From positions 99,810 through 163,809 of the forward strand of contig CANEGO010000002.1 in NCBI GenBank assembly GCA_947427095.1: 64,000 nt of DNA, given 5' to 3'. The stretch comes from an uncultured Clostridium sp. (GTDB taxonomy: Bacteria; Bacillota_I; Bacilli_A; RF39; UBA660). Positions 18,058 through 28,010 of this stretch are shown here, one piece after another (the first letter of the stretch is position 1; each line of letters starts with the position of its first letter). A model generated the notes under the pieces. The model worked only from the letters and a program-made list of their open reading frames with translations. It searched no databases and was not told where the DNA came from. The translations under genes were made by a program, and so were the position numbers.

Positions 18058-19170
18058 ATGTTTTTAAAGAATCTTGAATTAAATAATTTTAGAAATGTTT
18101 CTAAAGTTTCTTTTAACTTTGATAAAAAAATAAACATATTTATAGGAAATAATGCCCAAGGAAAAACTAACGTATTAGAAAGTATCTATTTTCTTGCGAT
18201 TACAAGGTCTCATAGAACACACAATGAGCTTAATTTAATAAGAAGTGATGAACTTTATACTAAAGTAGCGGGTGTTTTTGATGATGATATGGATAATACA
18301 CATGCATTATCTATTCTTTTAAATGAAAAAGGTAAGAAAGTTTCGGTTGATAATCTTGTTCAAAAAAGGATAAGTAATTATTTATCAAGACTTAATGTTA
18401 TTATGTTTTGTCCAGACGATTTAGAAATAATTAAAGGATCTCCAAGCATCCGGAGAAAGTTTTTAAATATTGAACTTTCTCAGTTTAGAAATGATTACGT
18501 TTTTAAATTAAAACAATATAATCAAATTCTTAAACAAAGAAATGAATATTTAAAACAAAAGAGTAATGCAAAATTTGATAAGGCATACTTTAACATAATA
18601 ACGGATAATCTTGTCTTAAAAAATATTGAATTAGTAAAGATTAGGTATGATTTTATTAATAAAATAAATAAATATCTAGAAGGCGTATTTAATAATATTG
18701 CAGGATTTGGAAAGCTTGAAATTAAGTATAAAAGTTTTATTCATGAAGAGGACTTAAAAAAAGACAATTTAAAGGACTTTGTAATGAATAAGTATAATTC
18801 CTTATTTATGAGTGAATTGCTTCAGAAAACGACGCTTTTAGGCTGTCATAAGGATGATTTTAAGATGGTTTTAAATGATTTAGACGTAACTGAATTTTGT
18901 TCACAAGGACAACAAAGATTATCAATACTTAGTTTGAAGTTAGCAGAAATTGAGGTATTTATAAAAGAAAAGAATACAAAGCCAATCATTTTACTTGATG
19001 ATATTTTTAGTGAACTTGATGAAATAAAGAAAAATAATATAATTAATTATTTTAAAGAAGATGTTCAAATATTTATTACTACTACTGACATAAAAGATAT
19101 AAATGAGGACTTAAGGAAAAAATCTGATATTTATGTTGTTGAAAATGGAAGCTTTGAAAAGGAGGAATAG
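18058..19170 (+). CDS. recF: DNA replication/repair protein RecF
   Basis: Walker A GNNAQGKTNVLESIYF and an SMC-like ABC signature. Canonical position before gyrB. Confidence 0.95.
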   Translation: MFLKNLELNNFRNVSKVSFNFDKKINIFIGNNAQGKTNVLESIYFLAITRSHRTHNELNLIRSDELYTKVAGVFDDDMDNTHALSILLNEKGKKVSVDNLVQKRISNYLSRLNVIMFCPDDLEIIKGSPSIRRKFLNIELSQFRNDYVFKLKQYNQILKQRNEYLKQKSNAKFDKAYFNIITDNLVLKNIELVKIRYDFINKINKYLEGVFNNIAGFGKLEIKYKSFIHEEDLKKDNLKDFVMNKYNSLFMSELLQKTTLLGCHKDDFKMVLNDLDVTEFCSQGQQRLSILSLKLAEIEVFIKEKNTKPIILLDDIFSELDEIKKNNIINYFKEDVQIFITTTDIKDINEDLRKKSDIYVVENGSFEKEE

Positions 19171-19173
19171 TTT

Positions 19174-21102
19174 ATGGATGAAAAAAAAGAACATTATGAT
19201 GCCTCGGACATACAAGTATTAGAAGGCTTGGAGGCGGTAAGAAAAAGACCTGGTATGTACATCGGAACAACTAGTTCTGCCGGATTACATCATTTAGTGT
19301 GGGAAATTGTAGATAACGCAATTGATGAATCACTTGCAGGATATTGTGATGATATAGAAATAATAATTAATAAAGATAATTCTATTACAGTAAAAGATGA
19401 TGGCCGCGGTATTCCAACTGGAGTTCACAAAAAAACCGGATTATCAACTGTTGAGACTGTTTATACAGTACTTCATGCTGGCGGTAAGTTTGGTGGTGGT
19501 GGATACAAGGTATCTGGAGGACTTCATGGTGTAGGTGCATCAGTTGTTAATGCATTATCAAGTTGGGTAGAAGTAAAAGTTTATCAGGATAGTAAGGTTC
19601 ATTTTATTAGATTTGAAAATGGTGGGCATACAGTAAAACCACTTGAAGTAATTGATACTTGCTCTCCAGATAGGACAGGAACAACTGTTACGTTTAAGGC
19701 AGACCCAGAAATATTTAAGGAAACAACAGTATATGATTATGAAATATTAAAGACAAGAGTTAGAGAACTTGCTTTCCTAAATAAAGGTTTAAGAATAATT
19801 CTTATGGATGATAGAGAAATTGAACCAAGAAAAGAAATTTTTGTTTATGAAGGTGGAATAAGTGAATATGTTAAGTTCTTGAATAAAGGTAAAACTCCAA
19901 TTCATCAACAAATTATTCATTTATCAGGTGAACAAGATAATATTTCATTAGAAGTTGCTATGCAATATAATACTGGATATACCTCAAATATATACTCATT
20001 TACTAATAATATTAATACTCATGAAGGTGGAACTCACGAAGATGGTGTTAAAAGGGCTTTAACTAGAATTATTAATAACTATGGTAAGAAAAATAAGTTC
20101 TTAAAGGATAATGATGCTCCTTTAACTGGTGAAGATGTGAGAGAAGGTATTACAATGATTATATCTTGTAAGCATCCGGATCCACAATTTGAAGGGCAAA
20201 CAAAGACTAAACTAGGTAATAGTGAAGTAAGAAAAATAGCTGATGATGTATTTAGTGAAGGATTTGAAAGATTCTTGCTTGAAAATCCTGATGAAGCAAA
20301 ATTAATAATGGAAAAGGCGATGACGGCCGCAAGAGCTCGTGTTGCTGCTAAAAAAGCCCGTGAATTAACTCGTCGTAAAGGGGACTTGGACGTTATTAAC
20401 TTTGGTGGAAAACTAGTAGATTGTAAGGATAAAGACCCGTCAGTTTGTGAAATATTCTTAGTCGAGGGAGACAGTGCTGGAGGTAGTGCTATCAAAGGTA
20501 GAAATAGCATGACTCAAGCAATTCTTCCTTTAAGAGGTAAGATATTAAACGTTGAAAAAGCAAGGCTTGATAGGGCATTATCAAATGAGGAAATAAGAAC
20601 GATAATAACTGCGTTTGGAACTGGTATTGGGGAAGATTTTGACCTTAATAGGTTAAGGTATGATAAAATAATCATCATGACTGATGCCGATGTTGATGGT
20701 TCTCATATTAGGGTTTTATTATTAACGTTATTTTATAGATTTTTTAAGCCAATTGTTGAGGCAGGACATGTGTATGCCGCCCAACCACCGCTATTTTGTA
20801 TAAAACATGGTAAAACAATAAAATATGTTTTAAATGAAGAAGAAAGAGATGCTTATCTAGCCGTTTTGGCAGAAAAAAATGCTAAATACGAAATTACTCG
20901 TATGAAAGGTTTAGGCGAGATGGACGCTGAAGAGTTGAATGAAACTACAATGGATATAAACACTCGTGTTCTTCGTAAAATAACGGTAGAAGATACGATG
21001 GCAGCAGACCAAGTGTTTAATGAGTTAATGGGTGAAGAAGTAGAACCTAGACGTAAATTCATTGAAGAAAATGCTGTTTACGTAGAGAATTTGGATATAT
21101 AG
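19174..21102 (+). CDS. gyrB: DNA gyrase subunit B
   Basis: GHKL ATPase, TOPRIM (EGDSAGGS) and a C-terminal region; 642 aa. Confidence 0.97.
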   Translation: MDEKKEHYDASDIQVLEGLEAVRKRPGMYIGTTSSAGLHHLVWEIVDNAIDESLAGYCDDIEIIINKDNSITVKDDGRGIPTGVHKKTGLSTVETVYTVLHAGGKFGGGGYKVSGGLHGVGASVVNALSSWVEVKVYQDSKVHFIRFENGGHTVKPLEVIDTCSPDRTGTTVTFKADPEIFKETTVYDYEILKTRVRELAFLNKGLRIILMDDREIEPRKEIFVYEGGISEYVKFLNKGKTPIHQQIIHLSGEQDNISLEVAMQYNTGYTSNIYSFTNNINTHEGGTHEDGVKRALTRIINNYGKKNKFLKDNDAPLTGEDVREGITMIISCKHPDPQFEGQTKTKLGNSEVRKIADDVFSEGFERFLLENPDEAKLIMEKAMTAARARVAAKKARELTRRKGDLDVINFGGKLVDCKDKDPSVCEIFLVEGDSAGGSAIKGRNSMTQAILPLRGKILNVEKARLDRALSNEEIRTIITAFGTGIGEDFDLNRLRYDKIIIMTDADVDGSHIRVLLLTLFYRFFKPIVEAGHVYAAQPPLFCIKHGKTIKYVLNEEERDAYLAVLAEKNAKYEITRMKGLGEMDAEELNETTMDINTRVLRKITVEDTMAADQVFNELMGEEVEPRRKFIEENAVYVENLDI

Positions 21103-21114
21103 GAGGTTTTAGTA

Positions 21115-23583
21115 ATGGATCATAGTAAAGATAGATTAGAACATAATAATATAGTAGATGAAGTAAGATCATCATTCCTAGAATATTCAATGAGTGTAAT
21201 AGTATCTCGTGCATTACCAGACTTAAGAGATGGTTTAAAACCAGTTCATAGAAGAATTTTATATTCAATGTATGAATCTGGTTATACCCCAGATAAACCA
21301 CATAAGAAATCGGCAAGAATTGTCGGTGATGTAATGGGAAAATATCATCCACACGGGGACTCATCAATTTACGAAGCCATGGTTCGTATGGCGCAAGATT
21401 TTTCTTTTCGTTATATGCTTGTTGATGGTCATGGTAACTTTGGTAACATTGAAGGTTATGGGGCAGCAGCAATGCGTTATACAGAGTCAAGATTATCTAA
21501 AATGTCCCTTGAGTTGCTAAGGGATATAAATAAAAATACAGTAGATTTCGCACCTAACTTTGATGAATCTGAAAAAGAGCCTAAAGTATTACCTTCAAGA
21601 TTTCCTAATATATTAGTAAACGGAACTATGGGTATTGCTGTTGGTATGGCAACAAATATTCCACCACATAATTTATCTGAAGTAATAGATGGGTGTGTTG
21701 CTTACATTGATAATCCTGAAATTGATACTTTAGGTTTAATGCAATACGTAAAGGGGCCTGATTTTCCAACTGGTGGTATAATTTTAGGAAATAAAGGTAT
21801 AAGACAAGCCTATGAAACTGGTCGCGGTTCAATCACGATTAGGAGTAGGGCTAAAATAGAAGAAAAAAATGGTAAAAACTATATAATAATTGATGAAGTT
21901 CCTTATGGTGTTAATACTTCAGATTTAAAAAATAAGGTTGCGGAACTTGTTCATAGCAAAGTATTAGATGGCATTTCTGATTACCATACTGACTTAAAAG
22001 ATGGCATTAAAATAACAATTACGTTAAAAAGAGATGCAAATCCTCAAGTTGTATTAAATAATTTATATAAACATACAGCTTTCCAATCAAATTTTGGTAT
22101 TATTTTCTTAATGCTCGACAATGGAACACCAAAAACATTAGGATTAAGAGATATAATTTCAAAATATATTGATTATCAAAAAGAAATAGTCATAAGAAGA
22201 ACCAAATTTGATTTAGCAAAGGCTGAAAATAGAGTTCATATTTTAGAAGGTTATAAGATTGCTTTAGATAACATTGACGAAGTAATTAAGATAATTAAAG
22301 AAGCAGAAAGCGATGTAGTAGCTAAAGAAAAATTAATAAAGAGATTTGGATTCTCACAAATTCAAGCTGATAATATACTAGAATTAAAATTACGTAGGTT
22401 AACAGGTTTAGAAAGAAGTAAAATAGAATCTGAATTACAAGATTTACTTAAATTAATAGAAGAATTAAAGTCTATTTTATCTAGTGATGCTAATGTCTTA
22501 GCAGTTGTAAAAAAAGAATTACTAGAAGTTAAAAATAAATATGGAGATGAAAGAAGAACAACTATTGATATGACAGCGATTGATTTTATCGAGGATGAAT
22601 CTTTAATTCCAGAAGAAGATATTGTTGTTGCATTAACTCATAAAGGATATATCAAGAGAATGCCTACAGATACCTATAAGCTTCAAAATAAAGGCGGAGT
22701 AGGAATAAAAGGAATGTCTACTAACGATGAAGACTTTGTTGAAGTATTGAAGGTAGGAACGACTCATAATCATGTATTATTCTTTACTAATAAAGGTAAA
22801 GTATATAGAATCAAAGGTTATGAAATTCCAGAATTTTCAAGGCAATCAAAAGGCTTGCCAATAATAAATCTACTTCCAATAGAAAAAGATGAGAAAATTA
22901 ATAGCATTTTACTTGACAATGGTGATGAAAATAACAAATATTTAGTAGTAACAACAAAGACAGGCTTAATCAAGCGTACAAATGTTTGTGAATTTGAAAA
23001 TATTAGAAAGAATGGTAAAATTGCTATTACGCTAAAAGAAAATGATGAAGTATTATCAGTTCACTTTACTAATGGAAATGATGATGTAGTAATTGCCTCT
23101 AATAATGGAAGAATGATTAGATTTAATGAAAATGAAATCAGAGTAATGGGTAGAAATGCAAGCGGAGTTAAGGGTATTGAATTATCAAAAGATTGTTATT
23201 GTGTTGGAGCAGAAATAGCTCATGCAGGACAGGATGTTTTAGTTGTAACTGAAAGGGGTTATGGAAAACGTACTGACATAAATGAATATAGATTAACTCA
23301 TCGCGGCAGCAAAGGTGTTAAAACTCTTAATATAACTGATAAAAATGGTGCAATTGTGGCATTTAAGACGGTAACCGAAGATAAAGATTTAATGATAATA
23401 ACGGATCAAGGTATTGTAATTAGAATATCTTTAGATAAAGTTTCAAGGATGAGTAGAGTTACACAAGGTGTGCGATTAATGAATTTGAGAGAAGGTCAAA
23501 AGGTTGCTACTGTATCTGCTGTAGAAAAAGAAGATCAAATTGAAGAAAAATTAGAAGAAGATGAAAAGAAAACTAGTGAATAA
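21115..23583 (+). CDS. gyrA: DNA gyrase subunit A
   Basis: Active-site region ..AAMRYTE.. and C-terminal beta-pinwheel repeats; 822 aa. Confidence 0.97.
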   Translation: MDHSKDRLEHNNIVDEVRSSFLEYSMSVIVSRALPDLRDGLKPVHRRILYSMYESGYTPDKPHKKSARIVGDVMGKYHPHGDSSIYEAMVRMAQDFSFRYMLVDGHGNFGNIEGYGAAAMRYTESRLSKMSLELLRDINKNTVDFAPNFDESEKEPKVLPSRFPNILVNGTMGIAVGMATNIPPHNLSEVIDGCVAYIDNPEIDTLGLMQYVKGPDFPTGGIILGNKGIRQAYETGRGSITIRSRAKIEEKNGKNYIIIDEVPYGVNTSDLKNKVAELVHSKVLDGISDYHTDLKDGIKITITLKRDANPQVVLNNLYKHTAFQSNFGIIFLMLDNGTPKTLGLRDIISKYIDYQKEIVIRRTKFDLAKAENRVHILEGYKIALDNIDEVIKIIKEAESDVVAKEKLIKRFGFSQIQADNILELKLRRLTGLERSKIESELQDLLKLIEELKSILSSDANVLAVVKKELLEVKNKYGDERRTTIDMTAIDFIEDESLIPEEDIVVALTHKGYIKRMPTDTYKLQNKGGVGIKGMSTNDEDFVEVLKVGTTHNHVLFFTNKGKVYRIKGYEIPEFSRQSKGLPIINLLPIEKDEKINSILLDNGDENNKYLVVTTKTGLIKRTNVCEFENIRKNGKIAITLKENDEVLSVHFTNGNDDVVIASNNGRMIRFNENEIRVMGRNASGVKGIELSKDCYCVGAEIAHAGQDVLVVTERGYGKRTDINEYRLTHRGSKGVKTLNITDKNGAIVAFKTVTEDKDLMIITDQGIVIRISLDKVSRMSRVTQGVRLMNLREGQKVATVSAVEKEDQIEEKLEEDEKKTSE

Positions 23584-23597
23584 CTGGTTTTCTTTTT

Positions 23598-23623
23598 TTT
23601 AATGTTTCACGTGAAACATTAAT
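23598..23623. repeat. Perfect 24-bp palindrome TTAATGTTTCACGTGAAACATTAA (copy 1), between the gyrA stop and the ffs promoter
   Basis: Exact self-complementarity read directly from the sequence. Confidence 0.9.
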
Positions 23624-23671
23624 TAAGTATAATAATTCTTGATTATTTATTAATAATATAATAAAATATAA

Positions 23672-23750
23672 ATGCACAACGGAAATGCTAGAATCAGGTC
23701 AGGGCCGAGAGGCAGCAGCCTTAATAACCTCTTTTCGTGTGTGCTTTTTT
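23672..23750 (+). ncRNA. ffs: Signal recognition particle RNA, short 4.5S-type (ffs/scRNA)
   Basis: The domain IV core CAGGUCAGGGCCGAGAGGCAGCAGCC matches the conserved SRP RNA motif (E. coli CAGGUCAGGUCCGGAAGGAAGCAGCC). The 5' GCACA and 3' UGUGC ends can pair. A TATAAT -10 sits at 23657-62 and a U-run at the 3' end. Its position before dnaX mirrors B. subtilis scr. Confidence 0.6.
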
Positions 23751-23762
23751 AATTTAAAATAT

Positions 23763-23780
23763 ATGTTTCACGTGAAACAT
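23763..23780. repeat. Perfect 18-bp palindrome ATGTTTCACGTGAAACAT (copy 2), in the tadA promoter/5'UTR just upstream of the RBS
   Basis: Exact palindrome, 6 nt upstream of the GGAG RBS. Confidence 0.9.
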
Positions 23781-23794
23781 TATAGGAGAATAAA

Positions 23795-24205
23795 ATGCAA
23801 AAAAAATTTATAGAACTGGCAATAAAGGAAGCAGTAAAAGCATTAAAAAAGGGAGAAGTGCCAGTTGGAGCTATAATTATAAAAAATGGTAAAATTATTG
23901 CTAAAGCACATAATTTGGTAGAGAAGCGAAGAAATGCTACATTTCATGCAGAAATTTTAGCTATGACTAAAGCATACGGAAAAACAAAAAATTGGAGACT
24001 GAATGACTGTGAAATGTATGTTACATTGGAGCCTTGTAAGATGTGTGCTGCCGCAATAGAACTAAGTAGGATTAAAAAGGTCTATTATTTGTTACCTAAA
24101 GATAAAGAAAATATTTTTATTAATAAAGAAAAATATATATTTTTAAAAGATTATAAAAAAGATTCCTTAGATTTGATACATAGTTTTTTTAAAAAAATAA
24201 GATAA
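23795..24205 (+). CDS. tadA: tRNA-specific adenosine deaminase TadA
   Basis: Zinc-binding HAE (FHAEILAM) and PCxxC (EPCKMCAAAI) motifs. Confidence 0.85.
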   Translation: MQKKFIELAIKEAVKALKKGEVPVGAIIIKNGKIIAKAHNLVEKRRNATFHAEILAMTKAYGKTKNWRLNDCEMYVTLEPCKMCAAAIELSRIKKVYYLLPKDKENIFINKEKYIFLKDYKKDSLDLIHSFFKKIR

Positions 24206-24225
24206 TGTTTCACGTGAAACATTAT
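24202..24225. repeat. Perfect 24-bp palindrome ATAATGTTTCACGTGAAACATTAT (copy 3), overlapping the tadA stop codon and upstream of the dnaX promoter
   Basis: Exact palindrome. It may also act as an intrinsic terminator hairpin, since a U-rich tract follows it. Confidence 0.9.
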
Positions 24226-24288
24226 CTTTTAGTTTAAAAATAATAGTTAAAATGATATAATATAAAAGTAAATGAAAGGAGAGATTGC

Positions 24289-25932
24289 ATGGCATATCAA
24301 ACGTTATATAGAAAATATCGCCCAAAGAGTTTTAAACTAGTATATGGCCAAGATACTATAGTAAGAACTTTAAAAAATGTAATTAAAAATAATAAGTTAA
24401 GTCATGCATATCTGTTTACTGGGCCAAGAGGGACCGGAAAAACAAGTAGTGCTAAACTTTTTGCAAAAGCTATAAATTGTTTAAACAATCAAAATGGAGA
24501 TGCATGTAATGAATGCGATAATTGCAACTCATTTAATAATAATAAAAATCCGGATATAATTGAAATTGATGCTGCTTCAAATAATGGCGTGGATGAAATA
24601 AGAGAAATAAAAAATAAGATTAGTTTAGTTCCATCAATGTCAAAGTATAAAGTATATATAATTGATGAGGTACATATGCTTTCTATAGGTGCGTTTAATG
24701 CCCTGTTAAAAACTTTGGAAGAGCCACCAGAATATGTTATTTTTATATTGGCGACTACAGAGCCTCAAAAATTACCCGTAACAGTAATTTCACGATGCCA
24801 AAGATTCGATTTTAAAAACATATCTAAGCAAAATATGAAAGAATGCCTTAAAAATATAATCATGGGGGAAAATATAAATATTAGCGATGATGCATTAAAT
24901 GAAATTATAGATAATTCTAACGGTGGAATGAGAGATGCCATAGGAATGTTAGATCAAGCTTTTGCTTTTTGTGAGAAAGAAATCACTTTAAATGATATTC
25001 AAGAATTATCTGGTAGTATTTCAACTTCAGAAATATCTTCTTTCTTTAAAAATTTAAAGTTAAAATCATACAATGAAATTATAGATATGATAAAAAATTG
25101 GTCAAATAAAGGAAAGGATTTTTTTGTGATATCTCAAAAACTAATTAACATTACTAGAAATGCTATTTTGTATAAGAAAAATGTTGATATAGGAGAAACA
25201 AGAATAAATAATTTAAGTGTATTTGATGAATATAATGAATTAAATTTATATTTAATAATTGATAATTTGACTGAAACACTAAATAAATTACAATTTAGTT
25301 ATCAAAAGGAGTTAATATTTGAAATACAAATGATTAAATTAATTGATCAATTCAATGTTCCACGTGAAACATTGAATAAAAAAATAACAGAGCAATCAAA
25401 GCCTATCATAAAAAATGATGTTCCACGTGGAACATTGAATGATAATACATCTGTAGTTGAAAAATTAGATCAATTTATTTTGAAATTAAAAGAAATTAGA
25501 ATAAATAATATATTAAAAGAGTCTTCACGCAATGAATTAAAATATATAGATGATTTATGGGAAAATATAAATGATTATTTGGTGGAAGAAAAATATAAAA
25601 AATGCGCGGGCATACTATTACAATGTAAACCTGTTGCAGCTTCAAAAAATGGAATTATAATTACACTGCCAGCACAGTCATTGTTAGTGGAGATTGAAAA
25701 AAATTATGACTTTAGCAAAGAAATGATAAAAGAAATATTAAATTCAAAGTATAAAATTGTATATATAACAGATGAGTATTGGAAAAGTATAAGACCTAAA
25801 TATGTGGAATTAGTAAAAAATAATGAATTAGAGATAAAGGATGAACTACAATTGCTTTCTAAAATAAATAAAATTAAAAGCGAAACGTCTGTTAATGAAT
25901 TTGATGAATTAATTGAAATGGAGGAAAAATAA
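24289..25932 (+). CDS. dnaX: DNA polymerase III subunit tau/gamma
   Basis: Walker A GPRGTGKTS, a Zn module CNECDNC, and tau C-terminal domains. Extended -10 TGATATAAT and GGAG RBS. Confidence 0.95.
   Translation: MAYQTLYRKYRPKSFKLVYGQDTIVRTLKNVIKNNKLSHAYLFTGPRGTGKTSSAKLFAKAINCLNNQNGDACNECDNCNSFNNNKNPDIIEIDAASNNGVDEIREIKNKISLVPSMSKYKVYIIDEVHMLSIGAFNALLKTLEEPPEYVIFILATTEPQKLPVTVISRCQRFDFKNISKQNMKECLKNIIMGENINISDDALNEIIDNSNGGMRDAIGMLDQAFAFCEKEITLNDIQELSGSISTSEISSFFKNLKLKSYNEIIDMIKNWSNKGKDFFVISQKLINITRNAILYKKNVDIGETRINNLSVFDEYNELNLYLIIDNLTETLNKLQFSYQKELIFEIQMIKLIDQFNVPRETLNKKITEQSKPIIKNDVPRGTLNDNTSVVEKLDQFILKLKEIRINNILKESSRNELKYIDDLWENINDYLVEEKYKKCAGILLQCKPVAASKNGIIITLPAQSLLVEIEKNYDFSKEMIKEILNSKYKIVYITDEYWKSIRPKYVELVKNNELEIKDELQLLSKINKIKSETSVNEFDELIEMEEK
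25354..25375. repeat. Near-perfect palindrome CAATGTTCCACGTGAAACATTG (copy 4), in frame inside dnaX
   Basis: One mismatch from a perfect palindrome. It encodes ..NVPRETLN.. in the dnaX linker. Confidence 0.85.
25418..25435. repeat. Perfect 18-bp palindrome ATGTTCCACGTGGAACAT (copy 5), in frame inside dnaX
   Basis: Exact palindrome. It encodes ..DVPRGTLN.., 60 nt after copy 4. Confidence 0.9.
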
Positions 25933-26231
25933 TGAATATACAAGCTTTAATGAAGCAAGCACAAGCAATGCAAAAAAATATGATGGATTCTAAAAGAAAA
26001 ATAGAAGAAAAAAACTTTGAAGGTAATTCCGAATTAGTAAGTGTTGTTTTAAACGGAAAAAGAGAGGTTATTTCGGTAAAAATAAAAAATGATGCATCTC
26101 TTGAAAAAGAAGATTTAGAAATATTAGAAGATATGATTGCAATAGCAGTTAATGATGCTATGAAAAAAATTGATAAAGAAATAAATGATAAATTAGGTAG
26201 TCAAGCAGGAGCTTTAGGAAGCTTTTTGTAG
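25932..26231 (+). CDS. ybaB: Nucleoid-associated protein YbaB/EbfC
   Basis: MNIQALMKQAQAMQKNM... is the canonical YbaB pattern. The start overlaps the dnaX stop. Confidence 0.9.
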   Translation: MNIQALMKQAQAMQKNMMDSKRKIEEKNFEGNSELVSVVLNGKREVISVKIKNDASLEKEDLEILEDMIAIAVNDAMKKIDKEINDKLGSQAGALGSFL

Positions 26232-26243
26232 GAGAAATACATT

Positions 26244-26843
26244 ATGAATTATCCTAAATCTCTTCAAAACCTTATTGATTCATTTAAATTACTGCCAGGG
26301 GTAGGTGAAAAAACTGCTGAACGGTATGCTTTTTCTATATTAAAATTAGAAGAAGAACAATTAAATATATTTAGTGATTGTATATTAAATATAAATAAAA
26401 GATTAGTAACATGTCCAAATTGTGGATGTTTATCAGAAACAAACAATTGTTTGATTTGCAATGACTTGAACCGTGACCCTGCTACAATTTGCGTGGTAGA
26501 GAATCAAAAAAACGTGTTTATTTTTGAAAAAATAGGAGTTTTTAAAACAAAATATCATGTTTTAGGTGGATTGATATCCCCTATGGATGGTATTAATCCT
26601 GAAGATTTATCTATCGAAAAATTAATTAATCGTATAAAGACAGAAAATATAAAAGAAGTAATCTTGGCGTTAAGACCGGGTATAGAAGGAAACACAACCT
26701 CTCTTTATATTAGAAAGTTACTTGAAAATATAGATGTAAAAATCACACAAATCGCACAAGGTGTGCCAATTGGAGCTGATATGGAATATTTAGACATCTT
26801 AACATTGGAAATGGCTTTAGAAAACAGAAGTGAAATATCATAA
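26244..26843 (+). CDS. recR: Recombination protein RecR
   Basis: HhH motif, a C4 zinc finger (CPNCGCLSETNNCLIC) and a Toprim domain. Confidence 0.95.
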   Translation: MNYPKSLQNLIDSFKLLPGVGEKTAERYAFSILKLEEEQLNIFSDCILNINKRLVTCPNCGCLSETNNCLICNDLNRDPATICVVENQKNVFIFEKIGVFKTKYHVLGGLISPMDGINPEDLSIEKLINRIKTENIKEVILALRPGIEGNTTSLYIRKLLENIDVKITQIAQGVPIGADMEYLDILTLEMALENRSEIS

Positions 26844-26882
26844 AAAAAATATTTGAACATATTTTTTATTAGAGGTGAAGAC

Positions 26883-27071
26883 ATGTTCAAATTTTTATTG
26901 AAAGTATTGAAAAAAGTAGTTATAGGAATGGTTTTGTTATTTGGTTATAATACGTTTTTATCATCTCTTAATTTGATGATTCCGATAAACGTTGTAACTA
27001 TAGTTGTAGCAAGTCTTTTTGATGTTCCAGGTATAATTGGACTAGCATTATTTCTCCTTTTTAACTACTAA
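26883..27071 (+). CDS. bofA: Pro-sigma-K processing inhibitor BofA-like small membrane protein (start trimmed to MFKF.. after an AGAGGTGAAG RBS)
   Basis: LMIPINVVTIVVASLFDVPGIIGLALFLL resembles B. subtilis BofA IHVPINLVTTAISGILGIPGIAALVVI. The recR-bofA synteny matches Bacillus. Confidence 0.65.
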   Translation: MFKFLLKVLKKVVIGMVLLFGYNTFLSSLNLMIPINVVTIVVASLFDVPGIIGLALFLLFNY

Positions 27072-27086
27072 AAGAGGTGATATAAA

Positions 27087-28010
27087 TTGAATGAGGTAGT
27101 AATTGAAAATCAGCCTATTTTAAGTAGAATATTAACAAAATTAAATAACTCTTTTAATGGTGTCCAAGCATACTTGCTAGTTGGCAGTAACGAGGAGGAT
27201 TTGCAAAAATATGCTACTATTTTTGCAAAAGTTTTAATTTGCCCTAATAATTATTCAAATAATTGCTCTCGTTGTAATATTTGTTTGAGAATAACATCTG
27301 GAAATTTTAGTGAATTAAGTATTATAAATCCGATAAATGGAGTAATAAAAAAAGAGGAAATAATAAAATTGAAAGAAAGGTTTCAAACTAGGTCAATAGA
27401 AGGTAAAAATCAAGTTTATATAATGAACAATGTAGAAAATTTAAATTCTTCTGCTGCAAACTCTTTACTTAAATTCTTAGAAGAACCCGATAGTAATACA
27501 ATCGCTATATTTACAACAACTAACTTAAATTCTGTTATAAATACGATTGTTTCACGCTGTCAAATTATAAAATTAAATAATGATTTACCTAAAAAAGGGA
27601 TGGATTTCGTTAAAATTGTTACAAAAATGAATGATGAACAAATAAATAAAATACTAGATTTCTTATTTGTTCTTGAAAATAATAAAATTAAGGCTGTAAC
27701 ACAATTTAAGGAATTATTTTTAGATGAGTTTGAAACAAGAGAGTTATTGAAATCAGCATTTATGGTAATGCTCTTAGCATATAAAGATGCTTTGAATTAT
27801 AGTATTTTTAGTAAAATGGAATATTTTAATAATGAAACGGGAATTAAAAATATTTCTGAATCTCAATCCGTTGATATATTAATTAAAAAAATTAAATTTG
27901 TTTTAGAAAATATACAAAAATTAGAGTACAATGTAAATATAACATTGTTTATTAGTGATTTTCTGATTGGAATAGGAGAAATAACAGATGGTAAAGGTAA
28001 TAGGAATTAA
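27087..28010 (+). CDS. holB: DNA polymerase III delta' subunit HolB (TTG start)
   Basis: AAA+-like N-terminus (..AYLLVGSNEED..) and SRC motif (IVSRCQII). Canonical position after recR. Confidence 0.8.
   Translation: MNEVVIENQPILSRILTKLNNSFNGVQAYLLVGSNEEDLQKYATIFAKVLICPNNYSNNCSRCNICLRITSGNFSELSIINPINGVIKKEEIIKLKERFQTRSIEGKNQVYIMNNVENLNSSAANSLLKFLEEPDSNTIAIFTTTNLNSVINTIVSRCQIIKLNNDLPKKGMDFVKIVTKMNDEQINKILDFLFVLENNKIKAVTQFKELFLDEFETRELLKSAFMVMLLAYKDALNYSIFSKMEYFNNETGIKNISESQSVDILIKKIKFVLENIQKLEYNVNITLFISDFLIGIGEITDGKGNRN

Noticed and set aside
23598-24225. The palindromic hairpins (loop ACGU) as RNA mimics of the tRNA-Arg anticodon loop edited by the adjacent TadA
   Set aside because: TadA requires a 7-nt loop with the UACG context. 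These hairpins would have a 4-nt loop with CACG, so they are not plausible TadA substrates. The parS/operator explanations fit better.
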